DNA of 62,990 nt, counting the filler, from Trichomonas gallinae (lineage: Eukaryota): the NCBI GenBank assembly GCA_008369845.1. It is 11 parts of 11 records of this genome, joined end to end, with 100 filler letters (N's around TTAATTAATTAA, not from the genome) between each part and the next. Parts side by side here need not be neighbours in the genome. Positions count along the whole stretch, not along the records: positions 9,574 to 26,178 come from MRSU01000619.1; positions 26,279 to 43,350 come from MRSU01000621.1; 9 more parts are not named here. One strand, 5' to 3'. Shown piece by piece: positions 22,736-33,809 of the stretch. The stretch's first letter is position 1; the number at the start of each line of letters is the position of its first letter. Below the pieces are notes generated by a model. That model was not told where the DNA came from. It searched no databases and saw nothing but the letters and a program-made list of their open reading frames with translations. The translations under genes were made by a program, and so were the position numbers.

Positions 22736-25700
22736 TTAGAAATTTCCAAGTGCAGTGATGATGTTGTCAATGATATCCTCATCACCATGCTTCTTTGCTT
22801 CGTTGAGAATAATTATCAGCTTCTGCTTGATTTCACCGACTGTGAATGATACAAACAAGTCATCGGAATCTAATCTCTCAACGGCGCACTTCAAGACATT
22901 GACGACATCACTTCCCTTCAGCAGTAGATCGCACAATGCAGGGAGGAGCTGAATGAGAGTTGGCTGGCTGATCTCGATCGAATCAATCTTTTCGAGGTCA
23001 CCGTTAATCACCAAGTATCCCAAAAAGTTATTTCTGATTGCACATATTATAGCTTTCTCAGGATTCCTCTCGAACATGTTAATGCAGTCCTGCGGCGTTG
23101 CTCCGAGATTTCTTATTGTTGACTTGAGCTCCTCCAATGGCTCCATGAGAGACTCGGTGAGAGTGTTGAGAGAAATCACTGTTGTTGTCAACTTATTCTT
23201 GTATTGCTCGATGGACATGTTGACTTCGCTCTTGTATTGATTGACTTTGTTCTCAACGCTCTTGAAAAAGTTATCTGCACAGTTCTTAAGTGACTCTGTG
23301 ACTTTTTCACTCAGCTGGCCCTTTGGCTTCTGGATGCTGACTTCCTCAGGCATCTGGTCGACTTCAGTCCAAACGAGAGCTGTGTTATTATAGATGGCAG
23401 CACCGATGCATTTCTTGTCATTGATACTCTTTCCTGGAACAATCAGGTTGTCTTCGTTTGCAACGAATGCGACGCCGCCTTGCGATGACCATATTCCGCC
23501 AAATCCTGTGTATCCGAGCGGCTGCACGTCTGTCAAAATCTTTGAAAGAGTGCAGAGGCGCATGTCTGGGACAGCTTGGTACAAGAATGTGTCATCGACA
23601 TATGCATTAGACTCTTTATTGAATTTGGAACTAATTAATGGCAAGAAAGATGAACCAGTTCTATCCATAATCTGGTATTTCTTCTGTGAAGACATCATCA
23701 ATATGTATTTAGAAGAGGCATCAAAGCTTTTAACATTTTCGGAGATTAATTGTTTGTCGAGATTAGTGCCAATTAATGTGATCGCGTGAAGTTCGTATTT
23801 GTTATTCAATGCGAAAAACCTGTTGGCACCGTTTGGATCGGCCTTCATTTGGAAGAATTGTTCGCCATAAATTATTGTTGCGGTCAATTCCGAGTTTATG
23901 ATGACTACATTGTTAGTACATCCAATGAGAAAGTTGTGGCCAACAACAGCTCCGCATCTTATCGGTTCGCTCAATTCAATAATTTTATGTTGGCCAGAAG
24001 TTTTGATGTAAACGTTTATACATAGCTCATTCACGCGCGCTATGAAGCCAAGAGTGCCATTGAAGTCGCAGATGATTGTCTGTTCAGTATTTTGCAACAA
24101 AGAATTCTGTTCAGCAAAGTTATCATCTTCTGTATCGGTATATTCTTCTATATCTTCCTCTTCTTCTTCATCTGTTGAGGTTATGGTGTTGAATTGGTCG
24201 CCCATCAGTGGATCATAAAATTCAAAGTCTTCATCTTCCTCCATTTCGCTGGAATTTTCGCGTGGGGCGAATGATGAGTCGCTGAAGTTGGAGTCACCGA
24301 GAGATGGAGAGCTGACTATTGTTTTGGACTCTTTTGGTGGAGATTCTGGATGAGATGGGAAAACCGGTTCAGGAATTGGAGCAGAAGTGTTATTTTCTAG
24401 TTTAGCTCCGAATCCTGGTGGTAAATTATCATCTTGGCTGGCTGAATGAAGAATTTGGTTTGAATTTGAAGAAACTTGTGCAGCTGGAGCAAAACCAGGA
24501 GGTAAATCTTCTACAGGTGGGTTGAAGCCTGGTGGCATATCATTATCCGCAGGTTTGGAATCGAATCCAGGTGGAAGATCAGAATTAGATGAAACAGGCT
24601 CACTTATAACTTTTTCAACCAATATTTCTTGGGTTGGAGGGTTTTCGACAGGAGCTGGGCCGCCAAAACCCGGTGGTAAATTATTATTTAGAACTTCTGT
24701 CTTTGAAGTAACAATATCCAAAGGAGCAAACATGCTTGGGTTTAGTTTTGGTGGTTGGTTATCGTTATCGGCAACAATCGGTTGAATAATATCAGAAGAT
24801 TTAACTTGCGAATTTTCTGACTGATTTCCAAATCCGGGTGGCATATCTAACATATTGCTTTGATTTTGTTGATTCTTTTGCTTCTTACTCTTTTGTTTCT
24901 TTGGTTTTTCGGCTTTTGATTGATTTTCTTGTTTCGTATTTTCGGCTTTTGATGCCTTAGATTCTGATTTATTCTGACTCTTTTGATCAAATCCTGGCGG
25001 CAAATCATTCTCTACTATATCATGAGAATTATCTGATTTTGATTGAGCAAAATTTAATGGATTTAATGTTGGCGTTTGTTTCACTTCCTGGCTTACAGGT
25101 TTAGAAGCAGGGTTTTGAACAATATTTGAAATCTTAATTTTAATCGGAGCCGAGGATTGAGTTGGAGGAGCGGGTGTTGGTTCTGTCTTTTCACTATCCT
25201 TTTTATCCTTTTGAATGAGGTTTTCGGGTGTTTTTGTAATTGAAAGTCCATGATTTCCTTGTGGAACGATAGTATTTTTTGTTTTCTTAATAGAAACTCC
25301 AGATGGCAAAACATGTGGTAATGAGTTTGCTCTAGGATGCTTAGAAGATTCTTCTTCTTTATCTTTATGCTTTTCTTTCTCGTGTGATTTTTCTTTCGGC
25401 TTAGCTGGAATTGTAGATGCAGGCTGTGCATTTGATTGCGACTCTGAATCGGCTGATGAAGCGATAAAATTTGGATTAAGTTTTACTGATTTTGAAGTTT
25501 GTTTTGTTGATGCCTCGGCATCAGATGAGTTAGGTTTTGATTCTTGAGATTGATTTTGGTCTTTCTTTTTATTCTTATTTTTATTTTTGTTTTTATTTTC
25601 AAAATCTTTTGCCTGCGGTTGCTGATTTGCTTCTTTTGTATTATTATGATCGTTCTTATTTGATTTTTCTCGAGTTTTCTTTTCGGCTTGTATCGCCACT

Positions 25701-25822
25701 AAAGGAGTTGGTTCAAATTCTTTAGTGAAGTGAGGAAATGCTGCATCAGTATCGGCAGCGTATTCCTTCAGTTCATTTGTAGTGAATTGAAGAGACTCCT
25801 TAGGGTTATAAAGATCAGACAT
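22736..25822 (-). CDS. Candidate EDC4/Ge-1/Varicose-like decapping scaffold with PPGF-repeat N-terminal region
   Basis: 1028 aa: disordered N-terminus with 7 PPGF motifs, beta-propeller-like middle, coiled coil, and C-terminus ISQPTLIQLLPALCDLL...LKCAVERLDSDD...QKL resembling the EDC4 C-terminal domain. Confidence 0.65.
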   Translation of the reverse strand: MSDLYNPKESLQFTTNELKEYAADTDAAFPHFTKEFEPTPLVAIQAEKKTREKSNKNDHNNTKEANQQPQAKDFENKNKNKNKNKKKDQNQSQESKPNSSDAEASTKQTSKSVKLNPNFIASSADSESQSNAQPASTIPAKPKEKSHEKEKHKDKEEESSKHPRANSLPHVLPSGVSIKKTKNTIVPQGNHGLSITKTPENLIQKDKKDSEKTEPTPAPPTQSSAPIKIKISNIVQNPASKPVSQEVKQTPTLNPLNFAQSKSDNSHDIVENDLPPGFDQKSQNKSESKASKAENTKQENQSKAEKPKKQKSKKQKNQQNQSNMLDMPPGFGNQSENSQVKSSDIIQPIVADNDNQPPKLNPSMFAPLDIVTSKTEVLNNNLPPGFGGPAPVENPPTQEILVEKVISEPVSSNSDLPPGFDSKPADNDMPPGFNPPVEDLPPGFAPAAQVSSNSNQILHSASQDDNLPPGFGAKLENNTSAPIPEPVFPSHPESPPKESKTIVSSPSLGDSNFSDSSFAPRENSSEMEEDEDFEFYDPLMGDQFNTITSTDEEEEEDIEEYTDTEDDNFAEQNSLLQNTEQTIICDFNGTLGFIARVNELCINVYIKTSGQHKIIELSEPIRCGAVVGHNFLIGCTNNVVIINSELTATIIYGEQFFQMKADPNGANRFFALNNKYELHAITLIGTNLDKQLISENVKSFDASSKYILMMSSQKKYQIMDRTGSSFLPLISSKFNKESNAYVDDTFLYQAVPDMRLCTLSKILTDVQPLGYTGFGGIWSSQGGVAFVANEDNLIVPGKSINDKKCIGAAIYNNTALVWTEVDQMPEEVSIQKPKGQLSEKVTESLKNCADNFFKSVENKVNQYKSEVNMSIEQYKNKLTTTVISLNTLTESLMEPLEELKSTIRNLGATPQDCINMFERNPEKAIICAIRNNFLGYLVINGDLEKIDSIEISQPTLIQLLPALCDLLLKGSDVVNVLKCAVERLDSDDLFVSFTVGEIKQKLIIILNEAKKHGDEDIIDNIITALGNF

Positions 25823-26111
25823 TGCGTTTTTGACTATTTTACATGTCAGATTAATTGTTTATTGTCATTTATTTGTTTGATCAAACATACAATTCAATTT
25901 ACTAGTTCCAATGATAATAAGAAAGCTCGAATCATAGGCATACATATATAGACATATAGAGGTCTTATTAATAAACAAACTCATGTAAATAGATTCCTTT
26001 TCCTTGCTGAGATGAATCATCGAACTCATCATTTTATTATTATAGGAATACATATTGATTCTTAGTTCGAAAGTTCCCAAAATAAGGTTAATCATAATTA
26101 AAAAGAAAAAA

Positions 26112-26178
26112 TGGAGGTGAGGGGAATCGAACCCCCGGCCTCATCTATGCTAAAGACGCACTCTACCACTGAGCCACA
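26112..26178 (-). tRNA. tRNA-Ala(AGC), first few 5' bases lost in gap
   Basis: Minus strand TGTGGCTCAGTGGTAGAG...CGTCT-TTAGCAT-AGATG...GGTTCGATTCC...CACCTCCA: D loop, AGC anticodon, TTCGA T loop, followed by an oligo-T Pol III terminator. Confidence 0.93.
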
Positions 26179-26988
26179 NNNNNNNNNNNNNNNNNNNNNN
26201 NNNNNNNNNNNNNNNNNNNNNNTTAATTAATTAANNNNNNNNNNNNNNNNNNNNNNNNNNNNNNNNNNNNNNNNNNNNAAATCAATCAACTCATTTTTGC
26301 TTGCACGCCCGAAATCAGCTACCAAATTGAAATCTCACCATTTTTATATTTAGTACTCTTGTAAATACCATTTTTTTTTTACTCTATAGTCAAAAATTTT
26401 AAAAAAGACCTTATGAAAAACTCACAGGAAAAGAAAAAAAAAAATCAAGCAGCTGCGTCTCAACGACACAGATCATCAAACTGCTAGATTATTTGCACAC
26501 TGTTACATCAGTACTTCGTGGTGCAGGCATTGTTCTAGAGTATAACTCAGCTAAAAAGCTCAATTACTGCCGTGTTGACCGCCACGAGGCAATTAATGTT
26601 CGTCATTGGTTCAGAACTAAATGTCAAGAAGCAAATCCAAAAAAGGTGAATATCAACAATATGCAGTTTATATCTACTGAATTAGACAAATAGTTTTGAA
26701 ATTCTTTGCAAATCAAAATTAAAATTTTAATTTTTTACTTTTATTTCTTTTGTTTAGTTAGAGAATGATGTATACAAATACTATATAGAGTTTTGGGGCT
26801 TAATTATGCTTCTAAGATAGGGTTTGCATATTTTTCCCTGACTATTATCAAAATTTTCATTTTTCTTGCGAAAATAGTTAAGTTATACATAATGTTTATT
26901 GACAAAAAGTGAAACTATTATTGTGTTCATTAATATTCTGCAAAATACATAGAGTAATATGAATATATATGATAAATATAAAGAGAAT

Positions 26989-27927
26989 TCATTTGAATGG
27001 TGTTAGTTTGTTATAAAAGTCATCCCAATCCTTGATTTCATTTAGCTCGCGCTCAATTGCTCGAACTGGATCATTTGTTCCGGTAATCACTTGTTGTATA
27101 TTATAAAAGGCATCGAAATACTTTTGATGATGGGCAATTCCGATTTCTCTGTATTTCATCAGAACTTCCAAAGGTGTTGACAAATTATCAGAAAATATTG
27201 ATGGATTTTTGAGAGCTGCAGTTGCAATCATAACACTGTCACAGCCAGTGTTTTTTATCATCTCTTCTGCGTCTTTTTTGGTTTTAATTCCTCCATAACC
27301 AATTTTTGCAACATTTATCGAATCAAAAATCAACTTCATGTGCTCATAATCAACGGACCCTCGTCTCTTATCAGCTGCTAGTCTTCCATGAACAGTTATT
27401 GCTGATGCTCCTGCATCAACCATTGCTTTAGCAAATTGAATCGATTCTTCAACTGTGTCTCTGACTCTCATTTTGACGGAAACAGGCAATGGAGAGTTCA
27501 TCTTCAAGGTTTTAACAACATCTACTGCGTTTTCTAGCTGAATCTTTGCTCCTCCGCCTCTGTGATTGGCAAAAGATTCTGGACAGCCACAGTTTATATC
27601 TATTCCTGAGGCAAATTCATTGCACAAGTCTGCAGCTTTGATTGCGTTTGGCCCATCGACGGAAATTAATTGAACAATTAATTTTCCTTTTTCTTCCTCT
27701 GAAGATTGGAATATCTTCCTATGATGTCCATTATCATTCTTTTCTAACGAAATTAAGCCATTTTCTCTCTGAATTGAGCAACCGATTAATCCTAAGTCGA
27801 CCAATCCAGGAGAAAATACAATGTCAGCACCATATTCAAGACATGCTAACCTAAAAGTAAGGGCTGAGCCTCTCACCATTGGTGCAGCGATCATTTTATT
27901 TTTGTAATAATCTTGATGATCTGACAT
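26989..27927 (-). CDS. DUS: tRNA-dihydrouridine synthase (Dus2-like)
   Basis: APMVR...FRL...YGAD, GIDINCGCP (catalytic Cys), PVSVKMR, ITVHGR, DSVMIA. Confidence 0.92.
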   Translation of the reverse strand: MSDHQDYYKNKMIAAPMVRGSALTFRLACLEYGADIVFSPGLVDLGLIGCSIQRENGLISLEKNDNGHHRKIFQSSEEEKGKLIVQLISVDGPNAIKAADLCNEFASGIDINCGCPESFANHRGGGAKIQLENAVDVVKTLKMNSPLPVSVKMRVRDTVEESIQFAKAMVDAGASAITVHGRLAADKRRGSVDYEHMKLIFDSINVAKIGYGGIKTKKDAEEMIKNTGCDSVMIATAALKNPSIFSDNLSTPLEVLMKYREIGIAHHQKYFDAFYNIQQVITGTNDPVRAIERELNEIKDWDDFYNKLTPFK

Positions 27928-28471
27928 CAAAAAAATTTGAATTTTATCATTAATAAAATCATAATATCTTCATTTAATATAATACATATGATACATTAAC
28001 TATTAAAGATATTATATTTTATAGTTATTCTCATTAATATTCATTAACCAAAGACTTTTCTTAAATCATAGTTTATTGGGAAAATAAAAATGAAAAAATC
28101 ATAATTCCACGAAAAATTAGTCATTTAGAAGCACAAAATGCTTTTGATATTACGCCTATATACATAAATTTACCAATATTATATGTTCATTACTCATATG
28201 TGCAATTTTATTTATCAATATTTTTTATTTAGTGATTAAAACTTCAAACTGTCTACATTTCTAGCCAAAAATCAGCGTAATTGATAATTTTATACTAATT
28301 TAATCTTTTGATTATAAGTTATAAATAGTTAATACATATATTTTATATTTGATTTGATAAGATGTAAAACATATATAATATGCTTGATTTTCGACTTTGA
28401 CATAATGTAATTCATGTCAATGAAAAAATTAATTTAATTTTTTTTCCGAAAATACATAACATATAACAACT

Positions 28472-31400
28472 TTATTTACCAAGAGACTTTGCAAGCTCAA
28501 ATGCTGCATTATCACCTTTTCTTTCTGCCAAGTCTTTGATTGACTTGATTTGTAGCATGAAATCTTTCTTCCTCTTCTTCATGATATTTAGTGCTTCAAC
28601 GTAAAACTCGTTCTGCATCATAATCTCAGCCTTCGCTCTGTCTGTTTTAACGCATGTATCAATGAAACCTTTGAGAGAATTTCTGTCCGTTGTCATCTTT
28701 GCCATCTCGCATGTCAGATTTGTAATTGTTGTCTCATAGATCTTCTCGTCTTTAGTTGGCATGGCTAAGCAGTACTTGTTGATAGCTGTTGGTCCTTCTT
28801 TGGACAGTTTCCTGATGAATGACCTGAAAACATTTGACGGAGAAATTCCTGTTGACAAAACATCCAACAATAAAGTATATTCGTTTTGTTTGAGCAAGAA
28901 TATTGAGGTCGCTTCAGCATTTTCACGCGATTTGATAATTTCCATGTCTGTTGAAAACGGAACTTTGTTTTTGATGAAATAAATAATCAGTTTTTCTTGA
29001 ATGTCAACTCTCATCATCATCAAAGACAAACTTTCTGGTGTCATTGATGACCTTTTGACTGCAACTTCTGTCATTTCTGATGTCATCCTCTTTTTAATCG
29101 CGTCTCTCATTCCTCTGATAATTTGTAAACATGTGTGCCACTTATTTGCCAAACTATATCCATCGACGGCACTTTTCATTGCATCTTCGTAGAGATTCAA
29201 TTTCATCTGGATATCATACATCGTCCTATTCATTCCGTTCTTCGACAAAAATTGGAAGAACTGGTCAATGAAGACGATTTTCTGTTTAAGAGATTTGTTG
29301 ACGAGTCTCCATAATTTAGACCAGTTTGAGTTCGCCAAAGCAGGATAAACAACTGTGCTTCTGAAATGATTGATTTTCTTGGCAGAAGGAACTTTATCCA
29401 ATTGCTTGAAGACCGGTTCAAACTCGCCAACTGTTGACAATAAATATATCAATCTTCTTGTTTCATTAAACGCGTCCAAATATTGTGTCAAAGCTTTCAT
29501 TTGTTGAGATGAAAACGTGACAAAATCTGTCACACCACTCCATCTGTTTCTTACTGGGAATATATCTATACTCTCAAGTAGTTTGAATGTGTATTGCATG
29601 ATGTCTACTGTGTTCTTGTGCTTCGTCATGTACATGAGACATTCGTTTGAGAAAACGTCCATGATTGCTTCGTATAATTCGCCCCTTCTTCCCTTCCATT
29701 CTCTGTCCTTTCTTATCACTTCATCTCTCATGTCAAACAATAATGTGTTAGAAAGAGTTTGTATCAATACTTCAATCATCTCTTTTGACTCAGGAGAAAC
29801 TGCTGAGATTTTCGCGTGATTTGTTTGTACGACGGTTTTGACCATATCCAATTCTTTGCATCCTTCATCGATAAACGATTGCTTGAAACAAACTAAAGCT
29901 CTCTGGAAGATAAATGGACAGAAATCTAATCTCCATAATGCGCAGAATTGGAGCATCAGTTGTCTTTCATTCATCTCTGAACAAATCGTGGCAAAAAGTT
30001 TGCCTTTGTGTTCATCCATGAAGTCATTGAAATCGTACTTTTTGCCAGTCTTAGTGTAAGGAAAGATGGAAACAAAATGACCCAACGTGATGATTTTGTC
30101 TATTGTCGATTCCCCAGAAATGTCCCTGTTCTTCTCTAAAACTCTGCATAACCTCTTCATCAAAACATTCGCTCTTGCTTCTAAACCACCTGAAAAAACA
30201 GTCAAAAACGAAACAATTTCAACAACTCTTCGAATGAAGTAATCTAATAAGTTTTGTTGTGGCTTTGGGTCTCTTTTGATCTTTGCGAATAGTTTGGCAA
30301 TCTTTGGTAAGTCTTCGTAAACTTTTGCTGAATTTGGTAAAATTTTGTCGAAATCTAGTTTAAGTGAATCGTAATAAGACATTTCTTCCCTTCTTGGAAG
30401 CTCTCTGGACATGATTCTGAACTTAGGAATTGGACAATTCCTGACTTTTTCTGCAATTTGATAATTATCGAGACATGTTTGCTTAAGATAAGGAATCACG
30501 TTGATATTCAAGTCCTCCATCAAATCACTTAATGCCTGGAATTCGCAGTTTTGACAGAACTTAACTATAATAGGTTCTACAGGCATAAATGATGTAAATC
30601 CGTATTTTATTGCTTTCGCTGTTCTTATGTGGGCGAAGAAGTGCAGCCTGTTGATCTCTGATAGACTGAACTCGAATGGGTTGCATTCCTTGAACATATT
30701 CTGGTTTTTCTCCCAAATCGTGTTCATTGCTTCAATTGATCGTTCTTTGAATGCGATTTCAGCGCAAATGGCTAGAATATCCTGTGGTATTTCTGTTAGT
30801 CCGTCTTCGTAATATTGAATTACCTGGAAAACATCAGATAATTTCGTTGGATAAAATTTAATTTCTTTTTTGTTCGTTAAATTCAAATATTTCGACATCA
30901 TTGGACTGATTGGCAAACCAGCATCTGTTTTCCTATCAATAGCAATAGCTAAAGCAACTAAATAATCATTTGCTTTCATTAATTTGTAGAAAACTGAGTT
31001 CATATCGATTCTACGTGAATATTGAAGAGCTACTTCCAAAGCATTTGGTCCTAAAAGTACTTTAATGTCATCCCATGAATAATTTGACGAGTTATTCAAG
31101 ATATCAACAATTGATTGAGCACCAGCTTTAGTTGAGATGCCAGATAAGCGCGTTATGAGGTTAATATATGAGCAGAAACTAGAGAAAAGGCTGAAATTCG
31201 GGAAAACTCGTCCTTCAAAATATCCAGCTTCGTAATATGAGACAGCAGCCTTAATAGATTGGCTCTGGACGATATCTAGTGGCTCCTGGTTAAGATTCTG
31301 TTTTCTTCTTTCGAAAATAATTTTAACTGCGCCATCATCAGTATTTAATGGTAAAATTTGATCTCCAAAGCTCAAGAAATATTCAGCACCGAGTCTGTCT

Positions 31401-33040
31401 CTGTTGTTTACTTGTATCTGCCAGATGAATTTTCCATTCATTAGTTCTCTAATTTCTTTAATTAAGAAAATTTTGTCTCTTAACGATTTATTGTCTACGC
31501 ATAACTGGAGAGCGGGTGCAATATCTGTGTAGTGGTTCTTTAACAGGTTAGAAACAACTGTTTGAGGATGAACTAAGCAATCTTGTAATTCTTTGAATCC
31601 ACGGACTCTTGCGTATGAAATCTTCATATTTGCTGAGTTAAACAGCTGAGGATTATACATATATCCTGAAATCGACGACAATAAATATTCGGCTTTATCA
31701 ACATCGCACATATATCGATTTCCTATCTTGAGGAAGATTAATGATATGATGTCTGTTATAACTGAATCTAAAACGTAGTCTGTTTCTATTAAATCAAGAT
31801 ATTTTGGTAATTTATCTGATTTTTTGCGGCCAATGATGACTTGCATTGTTTCCATCAATGCAAAATATGCGTAAATAAACGAAGCATCGAGACTTCTGTC
31901 ATCATCGCTGATATTAAAGAATGTTTTTCCAAAAATCGCATTTAATTGCGCATCTGTAAGAGAATCTATCATCGGATATAAAACGAACGGAATAGATTTG
32001 TATTCGAATGTAGATAAAGTGACTCTCGTTCCCGTAATTTTGTACAAAGTCGATAATAAATTTTGATCATTGTTCATTGCGTCGTAGACTGTTTGTAATA
32101 TCTTGTTTTTGGTAATTTTCATGACAGACACCAATATATTGCAGAATTTTTGCTGATCTGGCTGTAATTGATAAGACGCCAAAACAATATAAGGGAAAAA
32201 CTGTGGCAAATCATTTGCAAAGTCGGCAGCACTGTCAAGCTTGCCAGACATAAGTTCTCTGATAGAATGTGAAACTATTTCATCGATAAAATGAACATTT
32301 TGATTTTTTCTAATAATTTGATTAACTAAAGTAAACATTCTATTTTGTTCGAATAGTAGTGATTTTCGCGGATAAGGCTCGTTGTATATTGCTAATGATT
32401 GTAAACGCAAAGCATCCATGGAATTTTTCAATAATACTAAATTTGATATGTATTCTTTGATAGTCTTTGGCTGTATAAGTCCTATTGGGAATGATTGAAT
32501 AATTTGGTTGTTTAAATCTGTCTTGAGAACGAATAAATCTAACTTTAAATATGCGAATAATTCTTTTCCAGGAATTTTCGATAAAATGTAATTGATTTTG
32601 CCTTGTATTGATCTATAAAGACCTGGTAAGAAATTATAAAACATTTGAAGCAATTCTGCGAATGTCGAATATTCATCAACTCGAATTTTCGCTTCTTGCC
32701 CTAATCTTAAGTAGTTAGAAAGTGATTTTATCCATGGATATTGACTCTGTTCAAGTATCATCAAGTAAAAGTCTTCAGAAGGATCAAAAGACATTTCTAT
32801 ATTGTAATAAGCAAGGACAGAGTAGGCGCTCCACTTGGTAAAGAAGTATACTGGGCAGTAAGGAGATGGTTTCCATACTTCTGGCTGTCCACTATTGACA
32901 ATTGGCATTAATATATCAGCAAGTTCGCTTGAAGTGTATTTTTCGGCAAACAGAATCGATAACCTGCCCTGGCCGCGAAAGAGGAGCTGAATAATCTGCG
33001 CATTATAGAATTTTTTACTCAGGTGGCCAATAGTTATCAT
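28472..33040 (-). CDS. Large helical protein with spastizin (SPG15/ZFYVE26)-like C-terminus
   Basis: ~1520-aa ORF (alternative ATG at 33082). FLSKNGMNRTMYDIQ...AMKSA...SMTPESLSLMMMRVDIQEKLIIYF resembles the ZFYVE26 C-terminal region. No FYVE motif seen. Confidence 0.6.
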   Translation of the reverse strand: MITIGHLSKKFYNAQIIQLLFRGQGRLSILFAEKYTSSELADILMPIVNSGQPEVWKPSPYCPVYFFTKWSAYSVLAYYNIEMSFDPSEDFYLMILEQSQYPWIKSLSNYLRLGQEAKIRVDEYSTFAELLQMFYNFLPGLYRSIQGKINYILSKIPGKELFAYLKLDLFVLKTDLNNQIIQSFPIGLIQPKTIKEYISNLVLLKNSMDALRLQSLAIYNEPYPRKSLLFEQNRMFTLVNQIIRKNQNVHFIDEIVSHSIRELMSGKLDSAADFANDLPQFFPYIVLASYQLQPDQQKFCNILVSVMKITKNKILQTVYDAMNNDQNLLSTLYKITGTRVTLSTFEYKSIPFVLYPMIDSLTDAQLNAIFGKTFFNISDDDRSLDASFIYAYFALMETMQVIIGRKKSDKLPKYLDLIETDYVLDSVITDIISLIFLKIGNRYMCDVDKAEYLLSSISGYMYNPQLFNSANMKISYARVRGFKELQDCLVHPQTVVSNLLKNHYTDIAPALQLCVDNKSLRDKIFLIKEIRELMNGKFIWQIQVNNRDRLGAEYFLSFGDQILPLNTDDGAVKIIFERRKQNLNQEPLDIVQSQSIKAAVSYYEAGYFEGRVFPNFSLFSSFCSYINLITRLSGISTKAGAQSIVDILNNSSNYSWDDIKVLLGPNALEVALQYSRRIDMNSVFYKLMKANDYLVALAIAIDRKTDAGLPISPMMSKYLNLTNKKEIKFYPTKLSDVFQVIQYYEDGLTEIPQDILAICAEIAFKERSIEAMNTIWEKNQNMFKECNPFEFSLSEINRLHFFAHIRTAKAIKYGFTSFMPVEPIIVKFCQNCEFQALSDLMEDLNINVIPYLKQTCLDNYQIAEKVRNCPIPKFRIMSRELPRREEMSYYDSLKLDFDKILPNSAKVYEDLPKIAKLFAKIKRDPKPQQNLLDYFIRRVVEIVSFLTVFSGGLEARANVLMKRLCRVLEKNRDISGESTIDKIITLGHFVSIFPYTKTGKKYDFNDFMDEHKGKLFATICSEMNERQLMLQFCALWRLDFCPFIFQRALVCFKQSFIDEGCKELDMVKTVVQTNHAKISAVSPESKEMIEVLIQTLSNTLLFDMRDEVIRKDREWKGRRGELYEAIMDVFSNECLMYMTKHKNTVDIMQYTFKLLESIDIFPVRNRWSGVTDFVTFSSQQMKALTQYLDAFNETRRLIYLLSTVGEFEPVFKQLDKVPSAKKINHFRSTVVYPALANSNWSKLWRLVNKSLKQKIVFIDQFFQFLSKNGMNRTMYDIQMKLNLYEDAMKSAVDGYSLANKWHTCLQIIRGMRDAIKKRMTSEMTEVAVKRSSMTPESLSLMMMRVDIQEKLIIYFIKNKVPFSTDMEIIKSRENAEATSIFLLKQNEYTLLLDVLSTGISPSNVFRSFIRKLSKEGPTAINKYCLAMPTKDEKIYETTITNLTCEMAKMTTDRNSLKGFIDTCVKTDRAKAEIMMQNEFYVEALNIMKKRKKDFMLQIKSIKDLAERKGDNAAFELAKSLGK

Positions 33041-33809
33041 TTTTTTAGTTTTTTTAGATTTTTTTTGGATAAAATAAATCATTATTTCATATATAGCATC
33101 TATATAACAATTAGAATCAATTTATCAAGTAAAAATATGGCATTAACCGGGGAATTTTCGAAATCAATTTCCTTACAAAATGATTTCTTCATTTTAGAGC
33201 TTTGTAACATAAATAATATTGTTTTTAAACTTATTAATATTTGTCCTGTACCGAAATCGGTCACGAAAAAGTGATAGTTTACATGTAAATTGGACGTGTA
33301 AAGTGTCACCAAAAGTGACAATTCCTGAAGATTTCATTTTTTTTATCTAGACTGGTAAGAGCAAATGCAAAGTGTCATATTACAGCATGATACTCTGCTG
33401 CAGACAAGTGGCATCAAGTTCTGATCTCGCTCGAAATCTAAAATAATCTAATTTAATCGATCAACAGTTATTGCATTCCGATGAAGTATTTGTAATCTTG
33501 TGCAAATCTGTATAAATTATTAATTTCGATTATTAGTTGCATGAATACTAAGTTTTATGAATGGATTTCATTCAGATAGTGCCAATAATTGATAAGTGTT
33601 AACTGGATGCCCATATTTTGGTACACTTATGTGACCTTTTGTTTCGACCCGACTTCTGAAATTTATATAGAATATTAGATAATCGTACGCTTTTGTTTTC
33701 AATAGAATACGATCATTTTGAAAACAAATATTCTTGAACATTCAATTTTGAATTGAAACGGTTATAATTATATCATGAATAAAAGGTGCTCAAAAAGTGG
33801 CGTATATTT

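Noticed and set aside
26413..26693. Short coding-like stretch after the gap
   Set aside because: No recognisable domain and the frame is broken at a poly-A run.
26112..27927. tRNA-Ala next to a tRNA-dihydrouridine synthase as a functional cluster
   Set aside because: Separated by a gap of unknown size; no evidence beyond chance proximity.
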